DNA of 64,000 nucleotides from Vulcanimicrobiota bacterium (GTDB lineage: Bacteria; Vulcanimicrobiota; Vulcanimicrobiia; Vulcanimicrobiales; Vulcanimicrobiaceae): positions 448,001 to 512,000 of the forward strand of contig CAWETW010000001.1 of the NCBI GenBank assembly GCA_963812155.1, given 5' to 3'. Shown here piece after piece: positions 61,575-64,000 of this stretch; position 1 is the stretch's first letter, and each line of letters begins with the position of its first letter. The position numbers and the translations under genes are program-made. Under the pieces are notes generated by a model, which saw only the letters and a list, made by a program, of their open reading frames with translations, ran no database searches and was not told where the DNA came from.

Positions 61575-63007
61575 GTCGTGCCTTCTTTCGTGTCGGTCAA
61601 CGCGACGCCGCATGCCAGCAGCGCATCGCGAAAACGGTCCGACGCCGCCCAGTCTTTGCGTACGCGCGCGTCGCGGCGCATGGCGATGACGCGCTCGATC
61701 GCGGCTTCCGGCGGCACACCGTCGAAGTGCTCGCCGAGTTGCCGGCTGAGGCGTTCCAGGATGTCGCCCGGCAACGCGGCTTCCGGCTCGGCGAGCCACG
61801 TGTCGTCGGGCTCGATGCCGAGCAGCGTTGCGAGATACGCGAACTCGTACAGCGTTTGGCCCGCACCGGCGCCCTGTGCCGCGCGCGCCGCATCCCCGCC
61901 AAACTCGAGCAACACGGCCAGTGCGGCCGCCGTGTTCATGTCTTCGTCGAGCTCTGCTTCGATGCGTTGCACGTAGCCGGTCTTCTTCAGATCGGTCGGT
62001 ATGGGTGCAGCCGCCGCGCGCAGCGTGCGATAGGCTTTCTTCAGCGTGCGCAGCGCGGCCGCGGCACCTGCGACGGAATCCTCGGTAAAGTTCTTCACCT
62101 TCGCGTAGCTCGTCTGCAGCAGCGAAAGACGAATCGCTTGGGGATCGTGCCGCTTTAGCAAATCGGCGAGCGGCTCGTAGTTGCCGAGCGACTTCGACAT
62201 CTTCTTGCCGTCGAAGAGCAGCAGGCCGCCGTGCACCCAGAAGTTCGCCATCGGCGGCTTCGCCATCAGCGGCTCACTCTGCGCGATTTCGTTTTCGTGA
62301 TGCGGAAAAATCAAATCGGCGCCGCCGCCGTGGATGTCGAAACCTTCGCCTAACGGATCCAGCAGCACCCGGGCCATCGCCGAGCACTCGATGTGCCACC
62401 CCGGCCGGCCGTCGCCGTAGGGATCGAACGCCCATTTCGGCTCGCCCGGTTTGGCGAACTTCCACAGCGCGAAATCGAGCGGATCCTCCTTCTCCTCGTC
62501 AATCTCGATGCGCGCACCCGCCTCGAGTTCGGCGACGTTCCGATTCGCCAGTTTGCCGTAGCCGGCAAACGAGGCGACGCGGTAGTAAATGCCGTCTTTC
62601 GAAGCATACGCGTGTTCGCTCGCGATCAATTCGCCAATCATGCGCGTGATCTCGGGGACGTAGGCGGTCGCATACGGCTCGAAATCGTAATCGAGCACGT
62701 CCAGGGCGCGCATGCTGGCCTTGAACTCCGCGTAGTAGCGATCGATGATCGCGTGGTAATCTACGCCGCTTTCCTGCGCCTCGCGAATGCTGCGGTCGTC
62801 GATGTCGGTAACGTTCTGCACGTACGTGACGCGATAGCCGAGATGCGTCAGGTAACGGCGCAGTACGTCGAAGAACAGAAACGACCGCGCGTGCCCCAGA
62901 TGGGCCCGCGCGGACGGCGTCAAGCCGCAGACGTACATGCGCACTTCACCGTTGCGTAACGGCGCGAACGCCTCGACGCTGCGCGTTCGAGAGTTGTAGA
63001 GCCTCAG
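61553..63007 (-). CDS. cysS: Cysteine--tRNA ligase; probable CTG start
   Basis: [54 protein letters not shown]. Confidence 0.97.
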   Translation of the reverse strand: MRLYNSRTRSVEAFAPLRNGEVRMYVCGLTPSARAHLGHARSFLFFDVLRRYLTHLGYRVTYVQNVTDIDDRSIREAQESGVDYHAIIDRYYAEFKASMRALDVLDYDFEPYATAYVPEITRMIGELIASEHAYASKDGIYYRVASFAGYGKLANRNVAELEAGARIEIDEEKEDPLDFALWKFAKPGEPKWAFDPYGDGRPGWHIECSAMARVLLDPLGEGFDIHGGGADLIFPHHENEIAQSEPLMAKPPMANFWVHGGLLLFDGKKMSKSLGNYEPLADLLKRHDPQAIRLSLLQTSYAKVKNFTEDSVAGAAAALRTLKKAYRTLRAAAAPIPTDLKKTGYVQRIEAELDEDMNTAAALAVLLEFGGDAARAAQGAGAGQTLYEFAYLATLLGIEPDDTWLAEPEAALPGDILERLSRQLGEHFDGVPPEAAIERVIAMRRDARVRKDWAASDRFRDALLACGVALTDTKEGTTWSVAAE

Positions 63008-63582
63008 ATGACCCAGCTCCAGGATTCCTCGACGGTCTCCACGACCGCGCGCACGGGTTTCCCGTTCTGCGCGACGATCCGCGCGGGCACCCCGACGACG
63101 GTGGCATTGGCGGGAACGTCTCGCACGACGACCGATCCGCCGCCGACTTTGACGTTGTCGCCGAGCGTGATTGCGCCCAGGACGACCGCGTTGGCACCGA
63201 TGGTCACGTTACGGCCTAGGGTGGGATGCCGCTTGCCGTGCGAAAGACTCGTTCCACCCAGCGTCACGCCCTGATAAATCGTGCAGCCGTCGCCCACGAT
63301 GCTCGTCTCGCCGATTACGACGCCCATGCCGTGATCGATGAACACGCCTTTGCCGAGCTGCGCGCGCGGGTGGATTTCGATTCCCGTGAAAAAGCGCGCG
63401 ATGTTGGCGAGAAATCGCGGCAGCAACGGCACGCCGGCGAGCGGATGGATCAGCCGGTGAGCGACGACGGCGTGGAAGCCGGGGTACGACAACACGACGT
63501 CGAGCCATCCTCGCGCGGCCGGATCGCGATCGAGCGCCGCGCGGAGATCGGCAGCGACGAATGCCAACGGCTTGGGCGCCAT
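63004..63582 (-). CDS. cysE: Serine O-acetyltransferase
   Basis: [41 protein letters not shown]. Confidence 0.96.
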   Translation of the reverse strand: MAPKPLAFVAADLRAALDRDPAARGWLDVVLSYPGFHAVVAHRLIHPLAGVPLLPRFLANIARFFTGIEIHPRAQLGKGVFIDHGMGVVIGETSIVGDGCTIYQGVTLGGTSLSHGKRHPTLGRNVTIGANAVVLGAITLGDNVKVGGGSVVVRDVPANATVVGVPARIVAQNGKPVRAVVETVEESWSWVI

Positions 63583-63584
63583 CG

Positions 63585-64000
63585 TTACTCTAACCCCGCT
63601 TCCGGCCGCGGGGATGCCTCGCCGCCGGGCGGCTTGCGTCCGCGAATCGGCTCGAACGGTTTGCCGTCGGGTCCGAATGCAATCGGGACCAAGCCGCGAC
63701 CGTGCAGCAGCCGGGAGCTCACCGCGCCGACGCGCATCATGATCCGCTCGTGCCCGAGCAGAGGGAAGAGCAGTTCGAGTGGCGGCCCCGCAGCGGCTCC
63801 GGTCAGCGCCATGCGCACCGCCGCCATCGCGTCGCTCGGGGTGAGTCCGAACTCATCGGCAATCGCAGGCAGGTCGCGGTCGAGCGGCAGGCCGCGAAGT
63901 TCGGGTTGATGGTCCACGTACTGCGCCACCGCATCCAAGAAGAACAGCACGTCGCGCGAGCGTAAGCGTTCCAGTTCCAACGCCGGCACGATGCAGCTCT
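63585..64000 (-). CDS. Glutamyl-tRNA synthetase anticodon-binding-domain-like protein (open at window edge; gltX 3' end or stand-alone domain)
   Basis: VR.ALTG...GP.L......LG....R; sits in the usual gltX position before cysE. Confidence 0.55.
   Translation of the reverse strand, partial: SCIVPALELERLRSRDVLFFLDAVAQYVDHQPELRGLPLDRDLPAIADEFGLTPSDAMAAVRMALTGAAAGPPLELLFPLLGHERIMMRVGAVSSRLLHGRGLVPIAFGPDGKPFEPIRGRKPPGGEASPRPEAGLE

Overview
GC-rich bacterial chromosome segment, inferred (not proven) to be from a diderm Terrabacteria lineage such as Eremiobacterota/Vulcanimicrobiota. Two housekeeping blocks lie on the minus strand: rpmG-tRNA-Trp-secE-nusG-rplK-rplA-(carbonic anhydrase, opposite strand)-rplJ-rplL, then hppA (+), ftsY and recA; and gltX-like-cysE-cysS-rlmB-CYTH-like-chr-chr-sigH with tRNA-Thr(UGU, + strand)/Tyr/Gly. 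About 44 kb of accessory DNA separates them. It holds secreted beta-propeller lipoproteins, three phosphoesterases, SoxR with an SDR/QueA-like pair, a LAL regulator with a TonB-dependent receptor-cyanophycinase-class 3 asparaginase operon, Msr/GST redox genes, a PD-(D/E)XK nuclease upstream of tRNA-Thr(GGU), a WcbI-FAAL-ACP module, a four-domain multicopper oxidase, an IS3, an IS110 and integrase/att relics. Best signals: a readable IS110 bridge-RNA-like element whose guides match the element end and its right flank; a tRNA-Thr(UGU) on a class II (Tyr-like) body; a SoxR box driving a QueA paralogue; and a putative cyanophycin-scavenging operon using an unexpected asparaginase class. Many accessory genes carry clustered single-base frameshifts that may be consensus errors. 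All calls are by motif recognition, with no database searches.
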